Source: Mobula hypostoma
Lineage: Eukaryota
Length of the DNA: 64,000 bases
Reading direction: 5' to 3'
Assembly (NCBI RefSeq): GCF_963921235.1
Contig: NC_086108.1
Location: 74,030,001 to 74,094,000 of the forward strand
This document shows, in pieces, positions 12,370 to 26,169 of the stretch. Under the pieces are notes generated by a model, which did not search any database, was not told the origin of the DNA, and saw only the letters and a list, made by a program, of their open reading frames with translations. Each line of letters starts with the position of its first letter. Position 1 is the first letter of the stretch. Made by a program: the position numbers and the translations under genes.

Positions 12370-13430
12370 AAATATTCAACCTCTCACTGCTACGGTCGGA
12401 AGTTCCCACCTGCTTCCAGAAGTCAACAATTATACCGTGCCTTAAAAGAGTAGTGTGAGCTGCCTTAATGACTACTGCCTAGTAGCACTCACATATACAG
12501 TGATGAAATGCTTTGAGAGGTTGGTTATGGCTAGAATGAACTCCTGCCTCAGCAAAGATCTGGACACACTGCAATTTGCCTTTCACCACAATAGGTCTAC
12601 GGCAGATGCAATCTTAATGGCTCTTCGCATGTCCTTAGATCCTCTGGACAATACAAAGACCCATGTCAGGATGCTGTTCACTGACCACAGCTCAACGTTT
12701 AACACCATCATTCCCACAATCCTGATCGATAAGTTATAGAACCTGGGCCTCTGTACCTCCCTCTGCAATTGGATCCTAACTGGAAGACCACAATCTGTGC
12801 AGATTGGTGATAATATTTCCTCCTCACTGACAATCAACACTGACGCACCTCAGGGATCTGTGCTCAGCCCACTGCTCTACTGTCTCTATACTCATGACTG
12901 TGTGGCTAGGCTCAGCTCAAATACTATCCATAAATTTGCTGATGAATCAACCATTGCTGGCAGAATCGCAGATAGAGATGAGAGAGTATACAGGAGTGAA
13001 ACATACCAGTTATTTGAGTGGTGTCGGAGCAACAACTTTGCACTCAATGTCAGAAAGACGAAACAGCAGACTGTGGACTTCAGGAAGGGTAAGACAAGGG
13101 AACATGAACCAATCCTCAGAGGGATCAGAAGTAGAGAGTGAGCAATCTCAAGTTGCTGAGTGTCAACATCTCTGAGGATCTAACCTCGTCCCAACATATC
13201 AGAGCTATAAAGAAGGCAAGACGGCGGCTATATTTCATTAGGAGTTTGAAGAGATTTTGTCAACTACAACACTCAACAACTTCTATAGATATACTGTGGA
13301 GAGCATTCTGACAGGTTGCATCACTGTCTGGTATGGGGGAAGGACAGCCACTGCACAGGACCTAAAGCTACAGAAAGTCATTTAGTTAGTCAACACATGT
13401 TGATGATAATAAACCCGATTCTGATTCTGA
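12370..13430 (+). mobile_element. Decayed Rex1/Babar-type LINE RT
   Basis: ORFs 12455-12739 and 12797-13141 ([18 protein letters not shown]...KFADEST). Confidence 0.88.
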
Positions 13431-13614
13431 ATATCTCCACTCTTTTTAAGATGCTCCTTATATTTCCAGTGACTCAGTGCTCCTATGAATTGCCTTGGAA
13501 TGTTGTCCTATATTAAATATGAAAAATAAATTTTCAAGCAGTTTTTTAATTTTGTAATTGGTAGAAGAGAAAAATCCAAACTAATTATCATAAATTCCGG
13601 TGAAATCTACAAAT

Positions 13615-16129
13615 TATCTAAGCTGATTTGCAGGGGGATGGGAACCAGAATTAGTGTGGCTGGGGTGAAAATAAATGATATTGAAAGTTTAAGCAAATCC
13701 GCTGATAGAAAGGTTGTGAGTGGTGGTAAAAATCTTCTGAGGTGTATATATTTCAATGCTAGGAGTATTGCGGGGAAGGCGGATGAGTTGAGGGCGTGGA
13801 TTGACACGTGGAATTATGATGTTGTAGCAATTAGTGAAACTTGGCTACAGGAGGGGCAGGACTGGCAGCTTAATATTCCAGGGTTCCGATGTTTCAGATG
13901 TGATCGAGGCAGAGGAATGAAAGGTGCGGGAGTAGCATTGCTTGTTAGGGAAAATATTACAGCAGTGCTCAGGCAGGACGGATTAGAGGGCTTGTCTACT
14001 GAGTCCTTATGGGTGGAGCTGAGAAACAGGAAAGGTATGGCCACATTAGTGGGATTGTATTGCAGACCACCCAATAGTCAACGAGACTTGGAAGAGCAAA
14101 TCTGCAGAGAGATAGCAGACAACTGCAGGAAACATAAAGTTGTGGTGGTAGGGGATTTTAATTTTCCATACATTGATTGGGACTCCCATACTGTTAGGGG
14201 TCTAGATGGTTTAGAGTTTGTAAAATGTGTTCAGGAAAGTTTTCTAAATCAGTATATAGAGGGACCAACTAGAGGGGATGCAATATTGGATCTCCTGTTA
14301 GGAAACGAATTAGGGCAAGTGACGGAAGTCTGTGTAGGGGAGCACTTTGGTTCCAGTGATCATAACGCCATTAGTTTCAATTTGATCATGGACAAGGATA
14401 GATCTGGTCCTCGGGTTGAGGTTCTGAACTGGAAGAAGGCCAAATTTTGAAGAAATGAGAAAGGATCTAAAAAGCGTGGATTGGGACAGGTTGTTCTCAG
14501 GCAAAGATGTGATTGGTAGGTGGGAAGCCTTCAAAGGGGAAATTTTGAGAGTGCAGAGTTTTGTATGTTCCTGTCAGGATTAAAGGCAAATTGAATAGGA
14601 ATAAAGAACCTTGGTTCTCAAGGGATATTGCAACTTTGATAAAGAAGAAGAGGGAGTTGTATGAAATGTATAGGAAACAGGGGGTAAATCAGGTGCTTGA
14701 GGAGTATAAGAAGTGCAAGAAAATACTTAAGAAAGAAATCAGGAGGGCAAAAAGAAGACATGAGGTTGCCTTGGCAGTCAAAGTGAAGGAAAACCAAAGA
14801 GCTTTTACAAGTATATTAAGAGCAAGAGGATTGTAAGGGATAAAATTGGTCCTCTTGAAGATCAGAGTGGTCGGCTTTGTGCAGAACCAAAGGAAATGGG
14901 GGAGATCTTAAATAGGTTTTTTGCGTCTGTATTTACTAAGGAAGCTGGCATGAACTCTATGGAATTGAGGGAATCAAGTAGTGAGACCATGGCAACTGTA
15001 CAGATTGAAAAGGAGGAGGTGCTTGCTGTCTTGAGGAAAATTAAAGTGGATAAATCCCCGGGACCTGACAGGGTGTTCCCTCGGACCTTGAAGGAGACTA
15101 GTGTTGAAATTGCGGGGGCCCTGGCAGAAATATTTAAAATGTCGCTGTCTACGGGTGAAGTGCCGGAGGATTGGAGAGTGGCTCATGTTGTTCTGTTGTT
15201 TAAAAAAGGATCGAAAAGTAATCCGGGAAATTATAGGCCGGTGAGTTTAACGTCAGTAGTAGGTAAGTTATTGGAGGGAGTACTAAGAGACAGAATCTAC
15301 AAGCATTTGGATAGACAGGGGCTTATTAGGGAGAGTCAACATGGCTTTGTGCGTGGTAGGTCATGTTTGACCAATCTGTTGGAGGTTTTCGAGGAGGTTA
15401 CCAGGAAAGTGGATGAAGGGAAGGCAGTGGATATTGTCTACATGGACTTCAGTAAGGCCTTTGACAAGGTCCCGCATGGGAGGTTAGTTAGGAAAATTCA
15501 GTTGCTAGGTATACATGGAGAGGTGGTAAATTGGATTGGACATTGGCTTAATGGAAGAAGCCAGAGAGTGGTGGTAGTAAATTGCTTCTCTGAGTGGAGG
15601 CCTGTGACTAGTGGTGTGCCACAGGGATCAGTGCTGGGTCCATTGTTATTTGTCATCTATATCAATGATCTGGAATGATAATGTAGTAAATTGGATCAGC
15701 AAGTTTGCTGATGATACAAAGATTGGAGGTGTAGTAGACAGTAAGGAAGGTTTTCAGAGCCTGCAGAGGAACTTGGACCAGCTGGAAAAATGGGTTGAAA
15801 AATGGCAGATGGAGTTTAATACTGACAAGTGTGAGGTATTGCAAGTTGGAAGGACAAACCAACGTAGAACATACAGGGTTAATGGTAAGGCACTGAGGAG
15901 TGCAGTGGAACAGAGGGATCTGGGAATACAGATACAAAATTCCCTAAAGGTGTCATCACAGGTAGATAGGGTCGTAAAGAGAGCTTTTGGCACATTGGCC
16001 TTTATTAATCGAAGTATTGAGTATAAGAGCTGGAATGTTATGATGAGGTTGTATAAGGCATTGGTGAGGCCGAATCTAGAGTATTGTGTTCAGTTTTGGT
16101 CACCAAATTACAGGAAGGATATAAATAAA
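13615..16129 (+). mobile_element. CR1 LINE ORF2 (APE endonuclease + RT), frameshifted, 3'-truncated
   Basis: APE in ORF 13638-14450 (NARS, ISETW, GDFN, LDL, SDH). RT in 14896-15678 and 15611-16174 ([21 protein letters not shown]). Confidence 0.95.
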
Positions 16130-16239
16130 GCCCTGCCATCAACTCCATGCAAAATTTTCAACAGGAGGACCTGAAGACCTGAAACCAAGCTGGTCACAAC
16201 GTGTCTTGCCCAGGGACTTTTTTGTATCCACCTGTAATG

Positions 16240-17010
16240 CCAGCTCAACACACACAAAATGCTGGACGGACTCAGTAGGTCAGGTTTCATCTGTGGAAAC
16301 AGTCAATGATTCGGGCCAAGAACCTTCATCCAGACTGGAAATGGAGGGTAAGGTGGAGAAGCTACAAGGTGATAGGTGAAACCAGGTGGGTGGGGGAGAG
16401 GGGATGAAGTAAGAAGCTGGGAGGTAATAGGTAGAAAAGGCAAAGGGTTAGTGAAGAAGGAATCAGATTGGAAAGGAGAGTGGATTACGGGAAAAAGGAA
16501 TGAAGGAGGGGATCTAGAGGGAAGTGATAGGCAGCTGAGAAGAGATAAGAGTGGGGAATAGAAGAAAAGGAAAGGGGAAGCAAAAGAAAACAACAAAAAA
16601 ATACCAGGAGAAATTGATGTTCATGCCATCAGTTGAAAGCTACCTGGACAGAATATGAGGTGTTGCTCCTCCACCCTGACAAGTGGCCTCATCGTGGCAG
16701 AAAAGGAGGCCATGAACCAACATGTCAAAATAGGAATGAGGATATAAATTAAAGTGGTTGGCCACCAGAAAATTGTGCTTTTTGCAAATGAAGTGGAAAT
16801 GCTCAACAAAGCAGTCCCCCAATTTACGTCAGGCTTCAGCAATAGATAGGAGGCTGCACCAGGAACACTAGATACAGGAAATAACTCACACAAAATTGCA
16901 GGTGAAGGTTTGCCTCATCCAGAAGGACTGTTTGGGGCCCTGTACAGAGGTGAGGGAGGATGTAAATGGGCAGATGAAGCATTTCTGTCACTTGCAGGGA
17001 TACATGCCAG
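16240..17010 (-). mobile_element. Decayed Penelope-like element 3' end (GIY-YIG remnant + terminal repeat)
   Basis: Homologous to 47057-48052; remnants GDCFVEH, VANHFN, EEQHLIF. Confidence 0.75.
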
Positions 17011-17673
17011 CAGGGAAATTAGTTTATTTATTTTCAAAGTATACAACTTGAAATTATTCTTCTTCAGATAGCCATGAAAACCAAGAAAGAAAAGACAGGC
17101 AAGCATGATCATCAACCCCCCCTCCAAAACCTCCCCCCTCCCCACACAAAAAAATGAACAAAAATAAAACAGACACATGAACCCCCAAATTCCTCCTCCC
17201 GCACAAAAAACAAAAACAATCATGCAAGAAGTACAGAATATAAAGAACTATAAGACAGAAAAAAAAAGTTTATAGTCCAAGTCCACATCCAATATGCAGA
17301 AAACCTGGGCAACATTCACCAGGCCCAGCGGCAGACCTTTCCCTCTTCTAGCAGAGCCATCAAAAAAAAAACAGACAGCCAGCGCTCATCCTTTGCACTT
17401 GCCTCAATACTTCAATCACCCTCACTGCTTTGATCAGCCAACAATGAAACCTTTAATCGGCAAAATGGAATTTTTTAAAATGGTTTGCGTCCCTGTCCCT
17501 CAGCCTTTGCACATGCTGTCTGTCTCCCAGAATCTTCTCAGAGACTGCAGAGCACTGAAACACCTAAACGATCTTCAAGCTTCTGCATTTGCTTGATGTT
17601 TTAATCTCCCTCATCACTTTAACCCAGTGAACAATGGAAGCCTTAATAAGCTAAGTGGAGTCAAACATTGTCA

Positions 17674-18224
17674 AACAACAGGAATTCTGCAGATGCTGGA
17701 AATTCAAGCAACACACATCAAAGTTGCTGGTGAACGCAGCAGGCCAGGCAGCATCTGTAGGAAGAGGTGCAGTCGACGTTTCAGGCCGAGACCCTTCGTC
17801 AGGACTAACTGAAGGAAGAGTGAGTAAGGGGTTTGAAAGTTGGAGGGGGAGGGGGAGATCCAAAATGATAGGAGAAGACAGGAGGGAGAGGGATAGAGCC
17901 AAGAGCTGGACAGGTGATAGGCAAAAGGGGATACGAGAGGATCATGGGACAGGAGGTCCGGGAAGAAGGACAAGGAGGGGGACCCAGAGGATGGGCAAGA
18001 GGTATATTCAGAGGGACAGAGGGAGAAAAAGAGTGAGAAAAAGAATGTGTGCATAAAAATAAGTAACAGATGGGGTACGAGGGGGAGGTGGGGCCTTAGC
18101 GGAAGTTAGAGAAGTTGATGTTCATGCCATCAGGTTGGAGGCTACCCAGGCGGAATATAAGGTCCACGGCCTCCTCTACTGTAAAGATGAAGCCACACTC
18201 AGGTTGGAGGAACAACACCTTATA
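17674..18224 (-). mobile_element. Young Penelope-like element 3' end with 5' inversion
   Basis: Near-identical to 47053-47550. The last ~62 nt are the reverse complement of the expected continuation. Confidence 0.88.
17771..17806 (-). ncRNA. Minimal type I hammerhead ribozyme motif (Penelope-associated)
   Basis: Minus strand AGTC-CTGACGA-AGG gtctcgg CCT-GAAAC-GTC^GACT: complete CUGANGA/GAAA/UH core with stem I AGTC/GACT. Confidence 0.75.
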
Positions 18225-19539
18225 TGTGTCATAAGCTGCAAGTAACATAGACTCATCCATCTCCTGCTCTCGCCATTTAATCAGATACCCAAAACCAAAG
18301 ATGCTACCAGCTATGGCTGTTTTTGCGGGAGAAGAACAATGCAGAAGTCCATGTTATCTTACATTTTTAAACACTTGCAAGTGAGAACTCAGTGTATGAA
18401 GGGACATGACAAACTGCAGATGCAGGCATATGGAGCAAGGAACAAACTGCTGGCAGGATTCTACATATCACGCAACATATGTAGGAGAAAAGGTATAGCC
18501 AATGTTTTAGGTCAAGACCCCACACATTCTGATGCAGTGATTTGACACAGAACTTCAAATATCCTTTTGCAGCTTGACATGCTGAGTTTCGACAGCAGTT
18601 TCGTTTAGTTCTTGGTTTACTAAAGTCTCTCAATTTGACACAGGCATTTATTTTTTCACAAAACAGGAATTCCTTCAGTGTGAAATCTAAAATACAAACC
18701 ACCATATGGAGAAAATAATTCACACTTCAACTATGAATGACACTTGTCCAGGACTCAACAATGGAACTGCCGAAAGCAGAGTTCATATGTGCAAGTTTGA
18801 ACCACATTCTATTAAGTGTCAATGTCAGAAGCACTACTTTCTGTTCACTGGTTTCTCATCCTTGCACTGCAAGACTGCTGCCACGTGCTGAAAACTGTAT
18901 TTTAGAATTAGCCCTGCTTTGGTAATCAGTTGAAAATGTTTGCATATTTTTTTAAAGAAATTATATGCTTTCCCATCATGAGAAATTTAAATTTGTCTGA
19001 GCTTGTTTGGTTAGCACAAAACAAAAACAACCTCTTTTGCCTCAGTTGACGCTCTTTTATGTAAGATTATCATGCAAGTCTGGTCTTGCTTGTGAAAGAG
19101 CACTCAGGCGTATTCTCAGTTACTAAGCCTGGCAACACTACCCCAGTACACCTACAATAAGCTTATCTTCATACAGCTCTCTATAATCTTGACGGTGTCT
19201 CACTTCACAGTGAAAGCCACTTGATGCTTCAAAGCATTCCATACTCATTTGACAAACCTATTAGCATTTAGAAAATAGGATTCTTTGAGCCCTTGTCATT
19301 AAACCACCCCGATATATTTTAAGATTGATAATCTTGTATTCAGGTTTGAAATAGCTATTGCTCATCATTTCTTTACCAGTCCTAAGACAGCAACCTCTGT
19401 TGAAAATTCGGGAAAGCAGCCAAACATGATAAGGCCAAATTTCATAAGCATTTTTCAAATTCTCAATTGCTTCAGGCAATTCAAAATGTCCTATAGAATA
19501 TAACACAACTAATCATTGCCTTTTCTCCCCCCATCATTC

Positions 19540-22500
19540 AGGAGCTCAAAGTTCAAAATAAATGTTATTATCAAAGTACATATATGACACCATACACAAC
19601 CGAGATTAATTTTCCAATGGGCATACACAGCAAATCTATAAAAAAGTAACCATAACAGGATCAATGAGAGATCAACTATAGTACAGAAGACAAAAAATTG
19701 TGCAAATGCAAACAAAAAGACTAATAAGTAATAAGAACATGAAATAACAAGATAAAGAGTCCTTTATGTGAGATCATTAGTTGTGGAAACATCTCACTGG
19801 ATGGGCAAATCAGTGTAGTTAAACACTTTGTTCAAGAGCCTGATGGTTGTGGGCTAGTAATTGCTCTTGAACCTGATGGTGCAAGTCCTCAAGCTTTGCA
19901 TATTCTCCCTGATGGTAGCACTGGGAAAAGAGCATCACCTGAGTGGTGAGGATTTCTGATGGTGGATGCTGCTTTCCTATGACAGCATTTCATGTACATG
20001 TGCTCAATAGTTGGGAAGGCTTTACCCAGGATGTACTGGGCTGAATCCACTAGCTTTTGTAGGATTTTCCATTCCATACCAGGCCATGATGCAGCCAGTC
20101 AATACACTCTCCACTACACATCTACAGAAGTTTGTCAAAGTTTTAGATATCATGCCGAATCCCCAGATTCCTAAGGAAGTGGAAGTGCTGCCGTGTTTTC
20201 TTCATATTGCACTTACTTGGTGGGTCCAGGACAGATTCTCTGAAATAGTAACACCCAGGAATTTAAAGTTGCTAACCCTTTCCACTCTGATACTCCTATA
20301 AGGACTGGGTCATGGACTTCTGGTTTCCCTCTCCTGAAGTCTACAATCAGTTCCTTGGACTTGCTGACACTGAATGAGAAGTGGTGTACCTGTGCTGATA
20401 GAGATGGAGGAGGAGATGTTTTTGCCAATACAACTAACTGGGGTCTACAAGTAAGAAATTCAAGATCCAATTGAACAAGGAGGTATTGAGGCCAAGGTCT
20501 TGGAGTTTATTGATTAGTTCTTAGGGGATGATGGTAACAAATGTTGAGCTGTAATCGATTAAGAGCGTCCTGATGTATGCACCTTTGGTAAAGAGCCAAT
20601 AAGATGGCACCTGCTTTGGACCTGTTGCTCCAGAAGGCAAATTGGAATGGATCTAAGTTGCCTCTCAGGCAGGAGCCGATATGTTTCTTTTCTTTTCAAA
20701 TCTTTTTATTGTTATATACAGGAAAAATATCATGAGTACATCGAAGTAAAGACACTTACAATGCCTCAAAAAAAAACATTATCTTAAAGATTAAGAAAAA
20801 TTTTGTGATAACAAAAAAAACCTACTAAGCAGAAAAGTGAGAAAAAAAAAGAACCCATTAGGTGTACAACCCTGGAGCCATGCGTCACACAAAAAGCTTC
20901 TAAAAATAAACATCAAACCGCCAGCAAGAAAAGAAAATATACTAAAAAAATTTACAATTAGATCGTGGAAAAATTATACCAATAAACTCAAAATGATAAT
21001 AACGAGCAAATGAGACCCATCCTTTTTGAAAATCAAATAAAGGTTCAAAGGTTCGACTTCTAATTTTCTCCAAACTAAGATATAGCATCACTTGAAAGAA
21101 CCATTGTGACAAAGTGGGAGCTGATGTATCCTTAAACTTCAACAAAATGGACCTCATAGCTATCAATGTAACAAATGCAATAACATGTTGGTCAGACACA
21201 GAAATACCATGAATATTTTGAGGAACTATTCCAAAGAGCACAGTTAATTCATTAGGTTGTAAATTAATTTTAAGTGCTTTAGAAAATGTTGAGAAAACCG
21301 ACTTCCAGAACTGTTCCAATATAGAACAAGACCAAAACATATGTGTCAGTGTAGCTATCTCAGTTTTACATCTATCACAATGACTATCAACATTAGGAAA
21401 GATTTTAGAAAGTCTCTCCTTTGTCAAATGATAATGATGTACAATTTTAAATTGAATCAATGAATGGCTAGTACAAATTGAAGAAGAGTTAACCAACTTC
21501 AATATCCGCATCTAATCCTCCGTCATAAAAGTCAAATTAAGTTCCTTTTCCCAATCCTGTTTAATCTTAGATAAAGGACACTTATCCCATTGCAATAATA
21601 AATTATAAATTCTTCCAATAGAACCCTTAAATCAAAGGATTCATACTCATAATATCTAACACGTCAGCCTCCAATATGTAAGGAAAATTACTTAAATATT
21701 TTTGTACAAAATATCTAACTTGAAGGTATTGCAGAAAGTGTGAGTATGAAAGAGAATATTTATCCATTAATTGTTCAAAAGACATCAATCTATCTTTTTT
21801 AAATAAATCCAAAAAAGAATTAATACCTTTATTTTTCCAAAGTAAAAAAATTGGATCACTCAAAGAAGGCTTAAAAAAGGAATTTCGGTAAATTAAACTA
21901 CAAAGTTTAAATTTTTTAAGTTTAAAAAAATTGCGGAACTGGAGCCAAATTTGTCAGGAATACTTAATCACAGGATATAGGTTTAAATTAACAACTTTAC
22001 CTAATTGTATAGGTAAAAGAGCTCCCAATAACGAGGTTAAATAAAACTGTTTTACAAGATATGTTTCATCACCAGCCTCTCAAAACACTTCACTGAAATA
22101 AGTGCAACTAGGCAATTGTCACCGAGGCAGGTCACCACACTCTTCTAGGCCACTGGTATGATTGAACCCTGCTTGGAGCAGGTGGGGACCGCACACTGCC
22201 GAAGCAAGAGGTTAAAGAGCTCAGTGAACACAGTTGGTCAGCAGTACATGGCCAGGTACCCTACCCAGTCCAGATATCTTCCTTCGATTCACACTCTTGA
22301 AGGCTGCCCACATGTCAGCATCAGATACTGAGATCAAAGAATCGTTGGGAGATGTGGGGGTTTATGATAGTTCCTCCATGTTACGATGGTCAAAGCAAGC
22401 ATAAAGGCATTGACCTCATCTGGAAGCAAAGCCGTACTGTCTGCCATGTTGCTTGATTTAACCTCGTAGCCTCCCACAGCTATCAAACACCTCTCATTGA

Positions 22501-22690
22501 TTCGAGTTTGGTCCAGAATCTCCAATTCACCCGTAAGGTGGCTCTCCAGAAATCATACCTACACCTCTTGTAGCTTTCCTAGTCTCCAGACTTGAATGCC
22601 TTTGATCCGGTCCTCAGCAAATTTCAGATCTCATGGTTCATCCAGGGCTTCTGACTGCGGAAGACTGAATGATTTAGTGGGGACACACTC
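19540..22690 (-). mobile_element. Decayed Rex1/Babar-type LINE, interrupted by an L1 at 20688-22057
   Basis: ORFs 19889-20077 and 20213-20470 (KSKELIVDFRR); homology resumes after 22067. Confidence 0.8.
20688..22057 (-). mobile_element. 5'-truncated L1-clade LINE (ORF2 C-terminus + A-rich tail)
   Basis: ORF 20942-21511 with QFKIVH...CDRC...TLTHMFWSC zinc knuckle; TSD gatatgtttc at 20678-20687 and 22058-22067. Confidence 0.88.
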
Positions 22691-25202
22691 ATCACAGCTA
22701 CTTGGTGAACTAGCTTCTTATTTTGTTTTCCAAATCTTAACTCACACAACCAACAGTCAGAAATGCCAGTCAAAACTACTTTTGCTATCTGCTGGAAAGA
22801 ACAATACTTTAAATGAAACAGAAGATCCTGAAAGTCTTGACAAGATGGAGGGGCTGTCTCTGCTTGTGCAGAAAATCTGGAACAAGTGAGCTATGTTTTG
22901 TAACTTCAAAAGATAAAAACTAATTGAAAGGAAAACAAGAGAGCCGGGAGTGCAAGTGTAACTTCATTTTTACTTTTAAGCAAGGCAATTGTACCTATCA
23001 CGTGGTGGCAAACGCGATTTACGTACTTCTACAGATAACCCACATGGCATTATGCAAGTACAATGAATGCTTAATCAAACATAAAATTTACAATATTACT
23101 CACATATTACTAAAATATTAAATACACAGAGTAGTCAATATTTTAGAAATAAATGAGAGGTTGCCCATTTAAGACAGGTGATCATTCCTTTTCCCTCTTA
23201 CAAATTGCTCAAATGTCTTTTGACTGGAAAGTGATACACAAGGGATTGGATGAAATAGCTGAACATTTAATGAACAACTTTATTATTTAAGACACACAAT
23301 TGCTATTAAAAATAATTTTTAAACTGTAAATTATATCAACCAAGATTGATCATGACTTCTGAAGCAAATGGAACTTCGAATAAGCTAAGTTGAACATGAT
23401 GATCCATGCTTAACCATTTCAGAGGAAAGCTGTGCTATTACTAAATTAATTTGAAATACAATTCTCTAAAATAAATTTAACTAAAACAATTTCATTCTAA
23501 CATTTCATAATGAAAATTCACTCTCCAATCACTTTCAGGAATACATACTTCACATAGAAATTCTCCCAAAATATCAAGAGAAACACAGAATTGATACCAG
23601 AAAGATGTTCATTCTTTTTGATAAGAAATTGAACTTGATGGTTTGCAACAAAATCAGACTTCATTCACAATGAAAGGCTTAATGTCATAATCTTAATACA
23701 AATTGGAACATCTATTTAGAGATCAAGTAACATTTTCATTACAAATAATAAAAAGAATGCTTTGAAGGAATTTTGAGAGGAACTCCAAAGGTATTAAATA
23801 GTCAAAGTAACAAGTCCAACAACTTTATTATATAAAATCAGTTTTTCATTATCTTTCAGCATAGCTACTTATAACCACAAGGTGGCAGCTTTATTTCATT
23901 TTTCAATATCTCATGACAAAAATTACATGAAGAACAGAATTGATATGTAAATAACATTTGCTCTTGTGGGGTAAAAACTTGAACTAGAAATATTAGCCAG
24001 TCATTCAGATGGGCTGAAACTTTTTGCCAAAGATTTTTGTCAAGGATTGTTGTTGCTTCATCAGACAACAGCAGAAGCAATGTCTATGAATATATTTTTA
24101 AACAGAGATAGTTACTTGATAAGGGGATGAGGGTTATTACATGAATCTGCTTTGCCATACATTAAACAGCATAGCAGGTATGAAGGGCTGAGCGGCCTAC
24201 TCTTGTTCCTAATTCACACGTAGGAAGCCTATAAGAATTCCTAAAAATGCAGGACCCAAATACAGTTGTTAAGAGGCTCTTTTCAAAGCATACAAAGAGA
24301 ACTCATTATGTTTCAAACATACAGCATGTCTATGGTAAGTCCATTTTCCATTCAGCAAACTTTAGCAGATCTTAAGGCAGGAAGAAATATACTGAATATG
24401 CCACGGCCTTTCAATTCAGTGTTAATGTCACCATTCTCTCTTTGATTTTGGGTCTACTTGTATGACCAAGAGCTAGTCATCAAAATGAAACAACTGCCAC
24501 CACAATCAAGTCAGATATCTTGATTCAGAGTTCTCTAACCTCGGGCAGTTTTACATTTAACTCACCATGATGAAATAATCTGCCAATCTGAAGCAAAGGC
24601 CCAGCAAAAGTTACCAGTACAACTTTCAAAAAAGTGAAAGTATTAACATTTAACAGATGTGCAACTATTTTTAAATAAATCAATATTATAAATACAGTCA
24701 ATGAATTACAACATCAACGAAATTGTAAAATTTCAATTTTTGGTAACTAATGGATCCTGGTCAATTTAGTTATTTACCTGAGCAGTACAAGTTGCTCAGC
24801 AAAGAAACTTGTCTTCATGAACCATATTGCTTTTTCTTCTGCTTTGAAGTCTATTTTTTTTTGTTCATTCAGCTGTGGCTGAATTTTTCAGTTCACAATC
24901 TTTAAATAGCTTTCTCTAAAACAGCTGTGCACACGCTCATGACTTTGGACAACAAAAAATATTATAATAGGCTGTATTAAGTTAAATCATGCAGGTGAAA
25001 ATTTCAAAAAGTTCCAATCTAAATGTTCGAAAATGCACTTAAATTGTTCTGTTGATGAATTTTTTTCTAATACTAGTGGTTAGAAAATAAGATTAAAAGC
25101 GAAGTAGACAACTTGAAGAAAACAATCATTACATACTTAAGAGGTATAACCTAACACAGAAATTATTTTCAATGATGCCCTCAAAATGTATTATTGACCT
25201 AC

Positions 25203-25318
25203 CATGCCAGCAGTTAGAGAAGGAGCTGACTGCCCGAATGCCTGATTCCGCATTCGCACCAAATTGGAGGATTCTGCTGACACTCGACACGTGGATGGCC
25301 CATACAGCAAATGTTTAC
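25203..25318 (-). CDS. MAST: Next coding exon (116 nt, phase 1 to 0) of the same MAST-family kinase
   Basis: Minus strand: acceptor tttttttaaaccAG, donor GTaggt. Translation (G)KHLLYGPSTCRVSAESSNLVRMRNQAFGQSAPSLTAGM contains the MAST signature SNLVRMRxQxxGQSAPSLTA. Phase is compatible with exon 42187-42337 (intron 25319-42186). Confidence 0.92.
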
Positions 25319-26169
25319 CTGGTTTAAAAAAATACAAAACTTAGTGCAAAAGAACAGCAAACATAAGGAGATTAAAGTATTTAATTTCATAGTTAGTTCT
25401 TTGTAGTGTTTAAAACAGACAAAAATGGCTCTACTTTATAATCTTGTCATGAAATGACTTGCGCTTTCTTGTTTCATCTCTTTTTTTGCCAACTCCCATT
25501 TTGTTACGACTGCTTTACTGACTAAACTCCATACATTTGTGGCCAGATTCCACATTTTCCAATCTATTTCCTTGCCGTATACAAATTATTGGTTTTTTCC
25601 CCAATGAACACAATGACACTTAAATCAGCATCTTCTAACTACTTGTTTTATTTTAAATGCTTTTGACATAAACTAGTTGGATGGAAATTTGCATTAGAAA
25701 TATACAGTAGTGATTTTGAAAGCTGTTATTTCATGCAGAAGAGAAGCAAAGTAAAAGAGACACGGTCAGCAGTGGAAAGGAGAACAAGATAAAATTGGAA
25801 ACCAAAAGAATACTGTCACACGAGCTGATCATCATTTCCACTATCTATCCTTAGTTACCAATTTTTTAAAAATTCAACCTAACCTCAGCTTTTTTGACTG
25901 GAAAGACTTAAACATGAGGTAACTGATGTGTCTTTTGTGGCTAGAATCTTACCCTTAATTTTAAAGATAAAGAAACATTCTTCGTAAATTGATAAGAGGA
26001 GAATGAATTACATTCTTCTTTCTTTCTGTATTATACACTCTATATCAAATTTATACCATGTGTGATTCTGATATTGTTTATTTTACCTTCTGTATGTACT
26101 GTTACTGACATATATATTACATACAGAATTACATACAGCCTCCAAATAGTAGCCAGGACGTGGAGTACG

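Noticed and set aside
16300..16337. Further hammerhead-like remnants (also about 30804-30840, 33618-33655, 62783-62805)
   Set aside because: Core nucleotides mutated (e.g. TGGATGA, GAAT, AAAA); counted as decayed repeat copies, not ribozymes
18200..18260. Minus-strand ATG GAT GAG TCT (MDES), like the start of short MAST isoforms
   Set aside because: Similarity ends after four codons and the frame runs into Penelope sequence
19377..19490. AG/GT-bounded 114-nt minus-strand segment encoding HFELPEAIENLKNAYEIWPYHVWLL...
   Set aside because: Open only as phase 1-1, but the MAST intron here is phase 0, where it hits a stop; no recognisable homology
23865..24915. Chain of exon-like minus-strand segments (24778-24915, 24566-24587, 23865-24083) giving ...LLRLADYFIMTLLLLLSDE...
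   Set aside because: In-frame TGA in the first piece, no convincing last donor, not joinable to the MAST exon without a stop; the faint dynein-like resemblance is probably chance
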